A DNA stretch of 64,000 bases, taken from the NCBI GenBank assembly GCA_965660445.1, contig CBFIAK010000001.1:64001-128000 (forward strand), written 5' to 3'. Position numbers and translations under genes: made by a program. A model generated the notes under the pieces. It had not been told where the DNA came from. It did no database searches and saw nothing but the letters and a program-made list of their open reading frames with translations. Positions 30,420 through 40,734 of the stretch are shown piece by piece (within the stretch, counting starts at the first letter, position 1; every line of letters starts with the position of its first letter). Source of the DNA: Patescibacteria group bacterium (GTDB lineage Bacteria > Patescibacteriota > Gracilibacteria > UBA4473).

Positions 30420-31343
30420 CTACTTTGTTGTCAGATAATGTTCTACATCAAGAGCCGCTTTGCAACCCATACCAGCTGCAACAACAGCTTGTTGATAATG
30501 TGGATCAGCACAATCACCAGCAATAAACACGGAAGGAATATTTGAATGAGTATGATTTTTTATCTGTAAATACCCTTTGTCATCCATATCAAGATGTCCC
30601 TTTAAAAATCCGGTACTCGGAATTCTTCCAATAGCCATAAAAAGACCGTCAACTGGAAGTTCACTTGTACTCTTATCTTGAGTATCTGTTAGTTCTAAAG
30701 ATTCAAGTTTTATTTCTCCTTTTAAATCACTCACGGCTTTATTCCAAATAATTTCTATTTTTTCGTTCTCAAACACCCGTTGCTGCATTGGTTTAGAAGC
30801 TCTCAATGAATCACGCCGATGAATAAGATATACCTTGGAAGCAAATTTTGTTAAGAAAGATGCTTCTTCGCACGCCGTATCTCCACCACCAACAACAGCT
30901 ACCGTTTTATTACGAAAGAATGCTCCATCACATGTAGCACAAGCTGTATACCCCTTCCCAAAAAACCGTTCTTCATCTTTTCCTAAACGCAACCATCGGG
31001 CAGCCGCACCAGTAGCAACAATAACACTATCGGCTTCATATTGAGAAACATTGGTTCTTATTTTTAAGTTTTGAGAATCCGAAAAATCAACTGATTCAAC
31101 TGTTTCATACGCAAACCGAGTACCAAATTCTTGTGCTTGAGCTTTCATACGCTGCATAAGCAATGGTCCAGTCATTCCAGGGGATGTTCCTGGAAAGTTT
31201 TCAATATCAGTTGTCCCCATAAGCTGCCCACCAGGATCAGATCCTTCAAAAACAAGTGGTTGTAGGTCTGCACGAGAAGCATATAATGCAGCCGTAAGGC
31301 CTGCAGGGCCTGATCCAATAATGATAAGTTTTTCACGTGTCAT
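30420..31343 (-). CDS. trxB: Thioredoxin-disulfide reductase
   Basis: IIGSGPAG, CATCDG, VGGGDTA and IAGD motifs. Confidence 0.97.
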   Translation of the reverse strand: MTREKLIIIGSGPAGLTAALYASRADLQPLVFEGSDPGGQLMGTTDIENFPGTSPGMTGPLLMQRMKAQAQEFGTRFAYETVESVDFSDSQNLKIRTNVSQYEADSVIVATGAAARWLRLGKDEERFFGKGYTACATCDGAFFRNKTVAVVGGGDTACEEASFLTKFASKVYLIHRRDSLRASKPMQQRVFENEKIEIIWNKAVSDLKGEIKLESLELTDTQDKSTSELPVDGLFMAIGRIPSTGFLKGHLDMDDKGYLQIKNHTHSNIPSVFIAGDCADPHYQQAVVAAGMGCKAALDVEHYLTTK

Positions 31344-31463
31344 AAAAAAGAGAAAGAAAAGAAATACAGTCAAATGGTACTCAAGAAAGAAAAAACTTCA
31401 AAAAAAATATACCTCTGTTATACTTCGCGTTGATCTTGTATTTCTTTATTTATTCTTTCTATC

Positions 31464-32537
31464 ATGAGCATTGAACCATTAAAAACCATGTACACAAACG
31501 CTATTCCGTTTCTAGAAATAATGATTTTAGGAAACAGTGTCGGCAATATCATTTTTTCTTTTGTCCTCTTCTTTGTTTTGTTTTGGATACTTCGTATTTT
31601 TCGAAAAATAATACTCATCAAACTCTCATCGTGGGTCAAAAATACTGAAACCGATATCGATGATGAAATATTAAGTGTTATATCAAACGTATCACCGCTT
31701 TTTTATTGGGTAATTGCATTTTTCATTGCGACACAAAAACTCGTTCTCTCTCCATGGATTGGAAACCTTATTCACGGAATATTTATAGTTATTATTGTGT
31801 ACGAAATCATAAAAGCCACTCAAAACATACTCAACTACATTCTTCAAAAAGTCATCGCCGATAAAGACTCCACCGCGCTGGCTGGGATTAACCTTATTAT
31901 TCGCATTGTCTTATGGAGTATTGGTCTGTTGATGATATTATCAAACCTAGGAATAAATGTTTCAGCTCTTATTGCCAGTATGGGAATTGGAGGTATTGCT
32001 ATTGCCCTTGCCGCTCAAAATATACTCAGCGACCTTTTTTCTTCTTTTTCGATCTACTTTGATAAACCGTTTCAAATAGGCGATTATATTGTCGTTGGAA
32101 CTGATAATGGAATTGTGAAAAAAATAGGACTCAAAACGACACGAATTCAAACACTTCAAGGAGAAGAACTTGTTATTGGGAACAAAGAACTGACAAATGT
32201 TCGTGTACAAAATTTTAAAAAACTCAAAGACCGACGTGTAGTCTTTCATTTCGGTGTCACTTATGACACAAAACCAGAAACACTTCGCACAATCCCACAA
32301 ATCATCAAAGATATTATCAACTCAAAAGAACTCACAGAATGTGATCGAGTTGTATTCACAAAATTTGCTGATTCAAGTCTTGATTTCGAAGTCGTTTATT
32401 ACGTACATTCAAAAGAATATAACGATTATGCACACGTGCAACATGATATCAATATTGATATTAAACAAATATTTGACGAGAAAGGAATTAGTATGGCGTT
32501 CCCAACGCGCACTATTCATTTGGAACAAACGACGTAA
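31464..32537 (+). CDS. Small-conductance mechanosensitive channel (MscS family)
   Basis: GIGGIAIALAAQ, DKPFQIGD, IGLKTTRI and AFPTRT motifs. Confidence 0.93.
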   Translation: MSIEPLKTMYTNAIPFLEIMILGNSVGNIIFSFVLFFVLFWILRIFRKIILIKLSSWVKNTETDIDDEILSVISNVSPLFYWVIAFFIATQKLVLSPWIGNLIHGIFIVIIVYEIIKATQNILNYILQKVIADKDSTALAGINLIIRIVLWSIGLLMILSNLGINVSALIASMGIGGIAIALAAQNILSDLFSSFSIYFDKPFQIGDYIVVGTDNGIVKKIGLKTTRIQTLQGEELVIGNKELTNVRVQNFKKLKDRRVVFHFGVTYDTKPETLRTIPQIIKDIINSKELTECDRVVFTKFADSSLDFEVVYYVHSKEYNDYAHVQHDINIDIKQIFDEKGISMAFPTRTIHLEQTT

Positions 32538-35496
32538 TTCCAAACGATTGCCAAAACAAAATATCTTCATCGTTATTGGGGTCTCTCAATGGGAATTCGA
32601 ACCGTTGTAAATGCTCATGAGCGTCTTTAAGCTCCGCAATAACCTGTGCTCGATCTTCATCGGTTACTTGTAATGATCGCTGAGAAAACTTTCCGTTTTT
32701 ATCGGGAGTCAGGAAATCTAATTCACAAGAAGATACCGTCCAAGAAAACCCTTTTGCTGATCGGGCAAGTAAGTCATAAAAAACAAGCTGTCTCCAATAT
32801 CGACCACCTTGTTGTATAGCTTTTGGCATTCCTGATTTGTAATCGACTATTTTCACTTGTGTACGATTCGAATCTAAAAATAATAATTTATCAACCTTTC
32901 CTGTAATACGGATTCCATCAATGGTCGGCACAAAAGGACCAAAATCAAACTCTGTCATCGCATCAGCACTCAATGATTCTTGTCTTTTTTCGAAATACTG
33001 ATCCAATGCAGATAATCCATCTGCTTTCAGTTTCAAAAACAAATCATGTTCTAAATTCTGCCCCCGCAAAGCACGTTCGAATTGTTGTAATAAAACTTCT
33101 TTTGTGGGTTTTATCCCCGACTGATGCCAAAGTCTTATATATCGTTCCAATGCTTGATGAAGAGCTGTTCCATATGCCATAGTGGGCAATGGTCGACGTG
33201 GAAACCGATACAAGTTTTGGTATAAAAACTTTCGAGGACATTCTAAAAAGGTTTGTAAACTGGTTGCAGACCACACAAAGGATTGAACAATCGGCGCTAA
33301 TATATCTTTTTCAGACGGTAAAAGCTGGGGAGTATCGGCATGAGAAGATAAAAAAACTGGAAGTTTTTTTTGCAGTGCTCCTTCTTGTTCTTCTTGTGAG
33401 GTATAAACCACTTTTTCATCTGGTATTTCATCAAGGAATAAAGATGGTGTTTTTTGTTTTCCTGAAAAATCAGTATGGGCATACGATAAAAAGAGTTCCT
33501 TTTTAGCACGTGTAAGAGCTACAAAAAAGAGTCTTCGTTCGTCCTCATTTTCATTCGATTCTGATGCGAAAACATGAGGGATAGGCAATCCCGACCGAGA
33601 TCTCGTATTGCCCCAAACCCCGTCGAGCATACCTGGTAAAAATACGATATCAAACTCGAGTCCTTTTGATTTATGCGCTGTCATAATACGAACAGATCTC
33701 GAATCTAACGGCAACGGATCAGGGGACAAAGAAATCCCAAGCTCCTGATGCAGTTCAATACGGTGTAATAAATCATCAAGTGTTTCACAGCGTTGTTCTC
33801 GAATCCAATCTAAAAATTTACGAATATTTTGCCATGCAGAAATTGTTCGTTCAGAACGAAGAGTTGATAAATAAGAGCCCATACCCGATTCATACAATAA
33901 CTTTTCTGTGAGCACCTCTGGACGACAGTGCCAATACTCTTTTCGGAACGTAATGAGAACATCAATCGTTTCCTGCAAAGAAGGATATTGTTCTCCTTGT
34001 TCTAAAAGGAAAGAAATGAGTGCTGTATCTGGATCTTGTTTTTTTTGTTTATCAAAATCAAGCATCAAACGAATCAAGACTTCTTTTTCTATCGGAAAAA
34101 AAGGAGCATGTAAAATCTGCATTAGCTTATCATTGTGTGTTGGGTTTGAAAAAATCTGAAGCATTCCAATAAGTATTTGTACAAAATCGTGATCAAACAC
34201 GTTTTGAAACACTTGTGCTGCTACGGGAATACCAAAAAGAGGTAAAGCATGAGCTACTTCTTTTACTTCTCTATTATTGCGCACTAAAACAGCGATATCG
34301 TTTGGCTGAACACCTTCTTGTAAAGCGTTTTGGATCCGATCAACAATAAAGCCAAGCTCCATATATCGAGTTTCAAACTCTGATTTTGTTATTTTCCCTG
34401 CATAGTGAACATTTTCACCCGATGATATAAGCGATTTATGGGGATCCACTCGTTGTTCATTATTCTTAATACTTGAGAAGGCAACATCTAAAATACATTG
34501 TGCAGATCGATAGTTTTGAGTGAGTGTAATATTCGACCGTGTGGGAAATCTATTCTGAAATTCAAATATATTCTCAACACTCGCCCCCTGAAACCGAAAT
34601 ATAGCCTGATCGTCGTCCCCTACCGTAAAAATATTCGGCGATTGGTCATAGTCAGTCAGAGACCATAAAATTGAGTTTTGTGCAGTATTCGTGTCTTGAT
34701 ATTCATCCACTAAAATCCATTGGAACCGTTCTTGTAGATCAAGTTTTACGTGTTCATTTGTTTTCAGTGCTGAAACAACCCACATCAATTGGTCATCAAA
34801 ATCAAAAAAACCATGTTGAGCCAATACTGTTTCATACACTTCCCAAAACGCAACCGTCTCATGCATAAGGTTTATTTTTCTATCAATTTCTATTCGTTTT
34901 GTAGGTTTAAAATCACCTTTTTTATAATCTCCCATAGCACGAGAATAAAAATTTGATGGATCTGATTCGAGTCGTTCTTGTTCTTCTGGTATTCGGTTTC
35001 GATAATCTTGAGGCGATATGTTTTCTCGTTTCAAATGAGATATAAGCGAAAGAAAACTATTTTTATAATAAAAATCGTTCCATCGAGTCGAAAGATGCTC
35101 CCATGACCGAGACTGAACTGTTTCTTGGAATGCCAATGCTTTTTGAAGATCATCCGCAACCACTCGATCACCACGAATATCATAAAAATGGTCATAATAT
35201 TGATTCATAACCCATTCACAAAACCCATGAAACGTTGATATTTTAATAGCATACGCTTCTTTTCCAATCCAACGCCGAAGTCGGTCTTTCATTTCTACCG
35301 CTCCGTTTTCGGTAAACGTTAAGCACAATATATTATCAGGATTTGCTCCCACATCACTCGACAACAAATGCGCAATGCGCGTTGTCAATAAATGAGTTTT
35401 TCCTGTTCCAGGACCTGCCAAAACTAATACCGGACCCATAAGTGTCTCGACCGCTTTTCTTTGTTCGGGGTTGAGGGTTTTGAGTAAATCTTTCAC
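32512..35496 (-). CDS. UvrD/PcrA-like helicase fused to a C-terminal PD-(D/E)XK nuclease
   Basis: Helicase motifs LAGPGTGKT, VDEYQD, GDDDQAIFRF and TAHKSKGLEF. C-terminal nuclease motif GKVDK..IVDYKSG. Confidence 0.9.
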   Translation of the reverse strand: MKDLLKTLNPEQRKAVETLMGPVLVLAGPGTGKTHLLTTRIAHLLSSDVGANPDNILCLTFTENGAVEMKDRLRRWIGKEAYAIKISTFHGFCEWVMNQYYDHFYDIRGDRVVADDLQKALAFQETVQSRSWEHLSTRWNDFYYKNSFLSLISHLKRENISPQDYRNRIPEEQERLESDPSNFYSRAMGDYKKGDFKPTKRIEIDRKINLMHETVAFWEVYETVLAQHGFFDFDDQLMWVVSALKTNEHVKLDLQERFQWILVDEYQDTNTAQNSILWSLTDYDQSPNIFTVGDDDQAIFRFQGASVENIFEFQNRFPTRSNITLTQNYRSAQCILDVAFSSIKNNEQRVDPHKSLISSGENVHYAGKITKSEFETRYMELGFIVDRIQNALQEGVQPNDIAVLVRNNREVKEVAHALPLFGIPVAAQVFQNVFDHDFVQILIGMLQIFSNPTHNDKLMQILHAPFFPIEKEVLIRLMLDFDKQKKQDPDTALISFLLEQGEQYPSLQETIDVLITFRKEYWHCRPEVLTEKLLYESGMGSYLSTLRSERTISAWQNIRKFLDWIREQRCETLDDLLHRIELHQELGISLSPDPLPLDSRSVRIMTAHKSKGLEFDIVFLPGMLDGVWGNTRSRSGLPIPHVFASESNENEDERRLFFVALTRAKKELFLSYAHTDFSGKQKTPSLFLDEIPDEKVVYTSQEEQEGALQKKLPVFLSSHADTPQLLPSEKDILAPIVQSFVWSATSLQTFLECPRKFLYQNLYRFPRRPLPTMAYGTALHQALERYIRLWHQSGIKPTKEVLLQQFERALRGQNLEHDLFLKLKADGLSALDQYFEKRQESLSADAMTEFDFGPFVPTIDGIRITGKVDKLLFLDSNRTQVKIVDYKSGMPKAIQQGGRYWRQLVFYDLLARSAKGFSWTVSSCELDFLTPDKNGKFSQRSLQVTDEDRAQVIAELKDAHEHLQRFEFPLRDPNNDEDILFWQSFGITSFVPNE

Positions 35497-35543
35497 ACGC
35501 TACAGTATAGTACAATGAAAAAAAAGGTCACCTTATTTTCATC

Positions 35544-36638
35544 TTATACATTAAACCGAAAATGAAGAATATCTCCATCTTGCACTACATAATCACGACC
35601 TTCTGTTCTCATTTTTCCGTTTTCTTTTGCTCCAGCTTCACCATTAAATGCAACAAAATCATGAAATGCGATTGTTTCTGCACGAATAAACCCTTTTTCA
35701 AAATCAGTATGAATTGCTGCGGCTGCTCGAGGAGCAGTATCTCCTTTATAGATAGTCCAACTACGCACTTCTTTTACTCCCGCTGTAAAATAGTTTTGTA
35801 ATTTGAGTATCTCAAACCCTTTTTGTATCAATGATTCAAGTCCTGACTTCTCAGCACCAATATCTTGTAAAAACGCAAGCGAATCATCGGGAGACAACGA
35901 AGCAAGTTCCGCTTCAATTTGGGCACAAATAGGCACAATCGGAATGTCTTGGTATCCGCCAATTTTTTCTCGAAACCGATATTCATCAAACCCAGAAAAA
36001 TCCGATTCCGACACATTCGCCACAATAATAAACGGTTTATTCGTTAATAACTGAAACCGACGAGCAATATGCTCTTCTTTTTCATCACATTCTACGGTTC
36101 GGGCAAGCCCCCCTTCTTGCAACACTGTTTTATATCGTTCCAGTAATGCAACTTCTGCTTTTGCGTCTTTGTCTCCTGACTTCGCTTTTTTACTCGTTCG
36201 TTCTATTTGTCGTTCTACACTTTCAAGATCAGCAAATATAAGCTCTGTAATAATAATTTCTAAATCATTTTTTGGATCTACTTTTCCATACACGTGATGA
36301 ATATCGGTACTTTCAAAATCACGAAGCACATGGCAAATAGCATTACATTCACGAATATGAGACAGAAACTTATTTCCAAGCCCTTCTCCTCGAGAAGCAC
36401 CTTCAACCAATCCGGCAATATCAACAAATTCAACAATTGAACGGACAACTCGTTCGGGCTGAACGATTCGAGTCAATGTATCAATACGCTGATCAGGCAC
36501 TTCAACAATACCTATATTTGGATCAATAGTACAAAACGGAAAATTCTCTGCCGCTGCTTTTTGAGACTTAGTAAGTGCATTAAAAAGCGTTGATTTTCCG
36601 ACATTTGGTAACCCCACAATACCTATTTTTAAGTTCAT
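35544..36638 (-). CDS. ychF: Redox-regulated ATPase YchF
   Basis: GIVGLPNVGKSTLFN, FPFCTIDPN, IHTDFEKGFIRAE and FRFNV motifs. Confidence 0.98.
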   Translation of the reverse strand: MNLKIGIVGLPNVGKSTLFNALTKSQKAAAENFPFCTIDPNIGIVEVPDQRIDTLTRIVQPERVVRSIVEFVDIAGLVEGASRGEGLGNKFLSHIRECNAICHVLRDFESTDIHHVYGKVDPKNDLEIIITELIFADLESVERQIERTSKKAKSGDKDAKAEVALLERYKTVLQEGGLARTVECDEKEEHIARRFQLLTNKPFIIVANVSESDFSGFDEYRFREKIGGYQDIPIVPICAQIEAELASLSPDDSLAFLQDIGAEKSGLESLIQKGFEILKLQNYFTAGVKEVRSWTIYKGDTAPRAAAAIHTDFEKGFIRAETIAFHDFVAFNGEAGAKENGKMRTEGRDYVVQDGDILHFRFNV

Positions 36639-36760
36639 AAGAAAAAATTTTTAAATCCTTGCTAGTAAACAAAAAGTTATCAAAAGTGTCAACACGAAAA
36701 AAAACAAAAAAGATTCTTAAAATTTTTTGACCTTGAACAACTTTTGTGTATACTCAAAAA

Positions 36761-36916
36761 CGATACTGAAATGAGCGTCTTTCTTTCGATCTTTTTCTCC
36801 TAATCACCTTTAAAAGGGATTTCCGAACAGGTATTTCCGTGGAGATACCGTACGAAAACCCACCTGTGGTCACCTCAGGAAAATAGAGGCATAAAGGAAG
36901 GCGTCATTTTGGTAGC
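36761..36916 (+). ncRNA. 6S RNA-like structured RNA (candidate)
   Basis: TTGACC-16-TATACT promoter. About 155-nt rod: TACTGAAATGAGCGTCTTTCTTT pairs with AAAGGAAGGCGTCATTTTGGTA, with apical GGTATTTCC/GGAGATACC. Terminator at 36924-36950. Confidence 0.6.
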
Positions 36917-36923
36917 ACACATT

Positions 36924-36950
36924 AAAAATCGTTGTAAAACGATTTTTTTT
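36924..36950 (+). terminator. Terminator after the 6S-like RNA
   Basis: AAAAATCGTT-gtaa-AACGATTTTTTTT. Confidence 0.65.
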
Positions 36951-36993
36951 ATGTTACAGTGCTCAAAAACCAGTATTTATATTTTTAGTTTTC

Positions 36994-37338
36994 ATGACGA
37001 CTGACACAGACATTGCACACATTATTCATCAATTAATACACCTTATCGATCAAAAAGATGATAAAATAAGTATGGAAGAAAACACTTTAGCACACAATAT
37101 TACAGCGCTTGAAACTCGGTTTTCAGAAGAACTACAAAACCAACAAATTGCCGATATATACCTAGACCCTAATAAAGAAAAACTCTATCTAGAAACTCAC
37201 TGGAGCCCAGACTTAATTCCTGAAACAATTATCAGTGTGGACATCAACGGAATTATTACGAAAGAGAAAATAACGCCAGATCATGTTATTTTTGATTTAT
37301 ACGCAGCAGAAGAAACCGATGAGACTGATGAAATATAA
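36994..37338 (+). CDS. Hypothetical acidic protein
   Basis: 114 aa ORF filling an intergenic gap. No motif recognised. Confidence 0.5.
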   Translation: MTTDTDIAHIIHQLIHLIDQKDDKISMEENTLAHNITALETRFSEELQNQQIADIYLDPNKEKLYLETHWSPDLIPETIISVDINGIITKEKITPDHVIFDLYAAEETDETDEI

Positions 37339-37347
37339 AAATTACTC

Positions 37348-37719
37348 TTATCGGTAATACGGAGACACATTTGTAAAATATTCGATTGTTTTTTGAGTGA
37401 TACACACTACATCAATACGAAACTCTTGAGTATCGTATGGACGAGGAGCATACCAAAAAAAGTGGTGAGCCGTACGTTCTATTTTTTTTAGTTTCTGAGG
37501 TGTTACTGATTCTTGTGGTTTTCCAAAAAAAAGAGAGTTTCTTGCTTTTACTTCCACGAGAACATATTCTTTTTCGTTTGGGTCATAAAATATATGATCA
37601 ATTTCTCCAAACCGAGAATGATAGTTACTCGTTACCCATTCAAGTCCTTTTGACTCTAGAAATACGCGAGCATCGGACTCACCTTTTCGACCAAATTGTT
37701 GAGTGTTTCCCATATTCAC
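37348..37719 (-). CDS. yraN: YraN family (UPF0102) nuclease-fold protein
   Basis: GRKGE..A, GEIDHI, VEVKAR and RIDVV motifs. Confidence 0.88.
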   Translation of the reverse strand: MNMGNTQQFGRKGESDARVFLESKGLEWVTSNYHSRFGEIDHIFYDPNEKEYVLVEVKARNSLFFGKPQESVTPQKLKKIERTAHHFFWYAPRPYDTQEFRIDVVCITQKTIEYFTNVSPYYR

Positions 37720-38295
37720 TCATGAGTATGAAGAAGGGGCGAGAAAAATCAATTCTTCTACTTGTTCAACCATCATTTCAACCGTATCATTCAGCACCAC
37801 ATGACTATAAAACGGAGCCAGCGAAAACTCGTGTTCCATAGAAATAATGCGTTGTTGTAACTCGTCTTTACTCATCGCGCCCCTGTGTTGAATACGTCTC
37901 AACAATTCATCTTTTCCACCAGTAAGACTCAAAAACAAAGAAAGATATGATCCTTGTGGTAACTTTTTTCGAATTTGCTCAAACCCTTGCACATCAAACT
38001 CTTTCACGACTGTTTTTCCTTGTTTTGCTGGCACAAAAATAGAATCTCTATCGGTCCCATAATAATCTCTGTTATGCACAAAAGCATACTCTAAAAAATC
38101 ATTCTTTTTTATTTTTTCTTGAAACTCTTTACGAGATATAAAGTAATACGGGCTTCCATTTGATTCTCCTTCTCGAGGCGGACGAGTCGAATAACTCGGT
38201 GGAAACACCCAGTCACTGTGTTTCGTTTTGAGTTCTTGAATAAGCGTTCCCTTTCCAACTCCTGATGGACCAGAAACAAACACTATTTTGCCCAT
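37720..38295 (-). CDS. gmk: Guanylate kinase
   Basis: SGPSGVGKGT, STRPPREGE and YYGT motifs. Confidence 0.95.
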   Translation of the reverse strand: MGKIVFVSGPSGVGKGTLIQELKTKHSDWVFPPSYSTRPPREGESNGSPYYFISRKEFQEKIKKNDFLEYAFVHNRDYYGTDRDSIFVPAKQGKTVVKEFDVQGFEQIRKKLPQGSYLSLFLSLTGGKDELLRRIQHRGAMSKDELQQRIISMEHEFSLAPFYSHVVLNDTVEMMVEQVEELIFLAPSSYS

Positions 38296-40139
38296 TATGC
38301 ATTACTTGGTTCAAAATACGTTAAGAATTCTTCACGAGTCATGTTTTCTTTTGTGAGCAGGTCTTCTGCAATTTTTTGAAGCATATCTTTTCGTTGTGTC
38401 AAAATATCAATACATCGTGCCTCTGCATGAAGAACGAGTTTTTGAACTTCTTCATCAATAAGACGCGCTGTTGATTCCGAAAACTCTTTTTCATGGACAT
38501 CTACCCCCGCAAACCCTTTTGTTTTTTCAGCAAAAACAACGGGACCTATTTTTTCTGGATCCCCCATTCCATAGGTCATCACCATTGATCGAGCAATATT
38601 TGAAATTCGCTCTAAATCGTTTGAAGCTCCTGTTGTAGCCTGTCCAAAAAAGAGTCGTTCTGCAATACGTCCTCCATGCAGAGACACCATTTCGTCTTTC
38701 ATTTTTGATTCACTCGAAAGATATCGGTCTTCTCGAGGTAAAAACCATGTTAATCCCAAAGCCCCCCCACGAGAAATAATAGAAATTTTATGCACTGGTT
38801 CGCAATTTTCAGTAAAATGTCCCGCAATAGCATGTCCAACTTCATGATAAGCGATTATTTTTCGTTCTTCTTCATTGATACGGCGAGATCGTCTTTCTGG
38901 TCCCATAGAGACTTTTTCAACGGCTTCAAGTAATCGCGATTGAGAAAGAGATGATTCTCGTTGTTTTACTGTTGCAATAGCCGCTTCATTTAAAACATTT
39001 TCGAGATCAGCACCAGAAAACCCAACTGTTTTTGATGCAATTTCTTGAAAATCTATATCAGAAGCAAGTGTTTTATTTTTTGCATGAAGTGATAATATTT
39101 TTTCACGAGCATTCATGTCTGGCATATCAATATGAATACGTCGATCAAATCGCCCCGGACGAAGCAATGCTTTATCCAGAACATCTGGACGGTTCGTAGC
39201 GGCAATAACAATCACCGATGTATCGTTATCGAACCCATCCATTTCTGTAAGAATTTGGTTAAGGGTTTGTTCTCGTTCATCATGACCTCCTCCCATACCT
39301 TGTCCTCTTTGTTTTCCAATAGCATCAATTTCATCAATAAAAATTATTGACGGAGCATTTTTTTGAGCGGTTTTAAACAAATCACGCACACGACTCGCCC
39401 CCACACCAACAAACATTTCTACAAACTCTGAACCTGAAACTGAATAAAAAGGAACATTTGCTTCTCCCGCAATTGCACGAGCGACAAGCGTTTTTCCAGT
39501 TCCAGGAGCCCCTACCAAAAGAACACCTCTTGGGATTTTTGCTCCCATTTTATGATATTTTTTAGGGTTCTTAAGAAAATCAACAACTTCTTCTACTTCT
39601 TCTTTCGCTTCTTCTGCACCTGCAACATCAGCGAATTTTGTTTTCGCTTTTGTATGATCATACATTTTGGCTCGAGATTTCCCAAACCCAAACGGACCGT
39701 TATCGCCCCCCATATTACCCGCTTTTCGAGTCAGGAAAATAAGCAAGAAAACAATAAGAATAATAGGTCCCACCGCCAAAAGCACTTGCCCCCAAATAGC
39801 TCTTTTTGTGGTATCTATAACATTTATTTCAGCGGGATTCGTTTGGTCAGTGAGTCCTAAATCTGCGATAGTTGCTGATGGTTCTTTGACGGTTAAAAAT
39901 ATTTCTCCTGTTTCCGTTTCTGCTTTTAGTTCATTATTTTCAATAGTAATAGACGCAAACTCTTGGTTTTCATATGATCGCATAAATTCAGTAAGAGATA
40001 CTTCTTTTGTTTCTTGTGTTGTAAACAAAGTATCCGTATCACCAAAAACAAAAGTGAGCCCTGTGAGAATAAGAGCAATAAGGAAAACATAAAAAAAAGG
40101 ATTTGGTTTTTGTGGGAAATTTTTCGGTGTTGGTTTCAT
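38295..40139 (-). CDS. ftsH: ATP-dependent zinc metalloprotease FtsH
   Basis: Two TM helices, [23 protein letters not shown] and HEVGH motifs. Confidence 0.98.
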   Translation of the reverse strand: MKPTPKNFPQKPNPFFYVFLIALILTGLTFVFGDTDTLFTTQETKEVSLTEFMRSYENQEFASITIENNELKAETETGEIFLTVKEPSATIADLGLTDQTNPAEINVIDTTKRAIWGQVLLAVGPIILIVFLLIFLTRKAGNMGGDNGPFGFGKSRAKMYDHTKAKTKFADVAGAEEAKEEVEEVVDFLKNPKKYHKMGAKIPRGVLLVGAPGTGKTLVARAIAGEANVPFYSVSGSEFVEMFVGVGASRVRDLFKTAQKNAPSIIFIDEIDAIGKQRGQGMGGGHDEREQTLNQILTEMDGFDNDTSVIVIAATNRPDVLDKALLRPGRFDRRIHIDMPDMNAREKILSLHAKNKTLASDIDFQEIASKTVGFSGADLENVLNEAAIATVKQRESSLSQSRLLEAVEKVSMGPERRSRRINEEERKIIAYHEVGHAIAGHFTENCEPVHKISIISRGGALGLTWFLPREDRYLSSESKMKDEMVSLHGGRIAERLFFGQATTGASNDLERISNIARSMVMTYGMGDPEKIGPVVFAEKTKGFAGVDVHEKEFSESTARLIDEEVQKLVLHAEARCIDILTQRKDMLQKIAEDLLTKENMTREEFLTYFEPSNA

Positions 40140-40215
40140 AAAAAAACAATAAAAAGACGACAGCATACTACCCAAACAAAAGGTTTTGGCAATACTTTCT
40201 CGAAAAAAAAATCTA

Positions 40216-40734
40216 TCAAGAATAGGAAACTGATTGCATCAATTTCTTTCTTTGTTTTTCAGATAAATAATCAATAAACAAGACTCCTTCTATATGATCA
40301 TACTCATGCAAAAAAATACGAGCATTCCAACCATCAAGTTTTGTTTCACACCAATGACCGTCTTCGTTTTGCCAACGTACTTTTATTTTTTTCGGACGAG
40401 ATACTTTCCCAAACATACCCGGAAGAGATAAACATCCTTCTTCTAAAGACACTTTCGCAGGAGACGTTTCCAGAATCTCTGGATTGATAAACGCAACGAC
40501 TTTTTGTTTTTTTGTATCATGAGCATGAAGGAGTACCAAAAAAATTCGTTTAGCAACTCCCACTTGATTTGCAGCAAGACCAACCCCCATAACACCATCA
40601 TCAGTCGGCTGTGTCATAGTTTGGGTCATATCTTCAATCAGCCTTTTTAAATCATCATCAAACTCTGTCACCGGCTCACTTTTTGTTCGCAACGGTTCTT
40701 TTTGTGTTCCTACAAGAATAGGGAGGAGTGTCAT
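40216..40734 (-). CDS. def: Peptide deformylase
   Basis: GVGLAANQVG, EGCLS and HEYDH motifs. Confidence 0.97.
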   Translation of the reverse strand: MTLLPILVGTQKEPLRTKSEPVTEFDDDLKRLIEDMTQTMTQPTDDGVMGVGLAANQVGVAKRIFLVLLHAHDTKKQKVVAFINPEILETSPAKVSLEEGCLSLPGMFGKVSRPKKIKVRWQNEDGHWCETKLDGWNARIFLHEYDHIEGVLFIDYLSEKQRKKLMQSVSYS

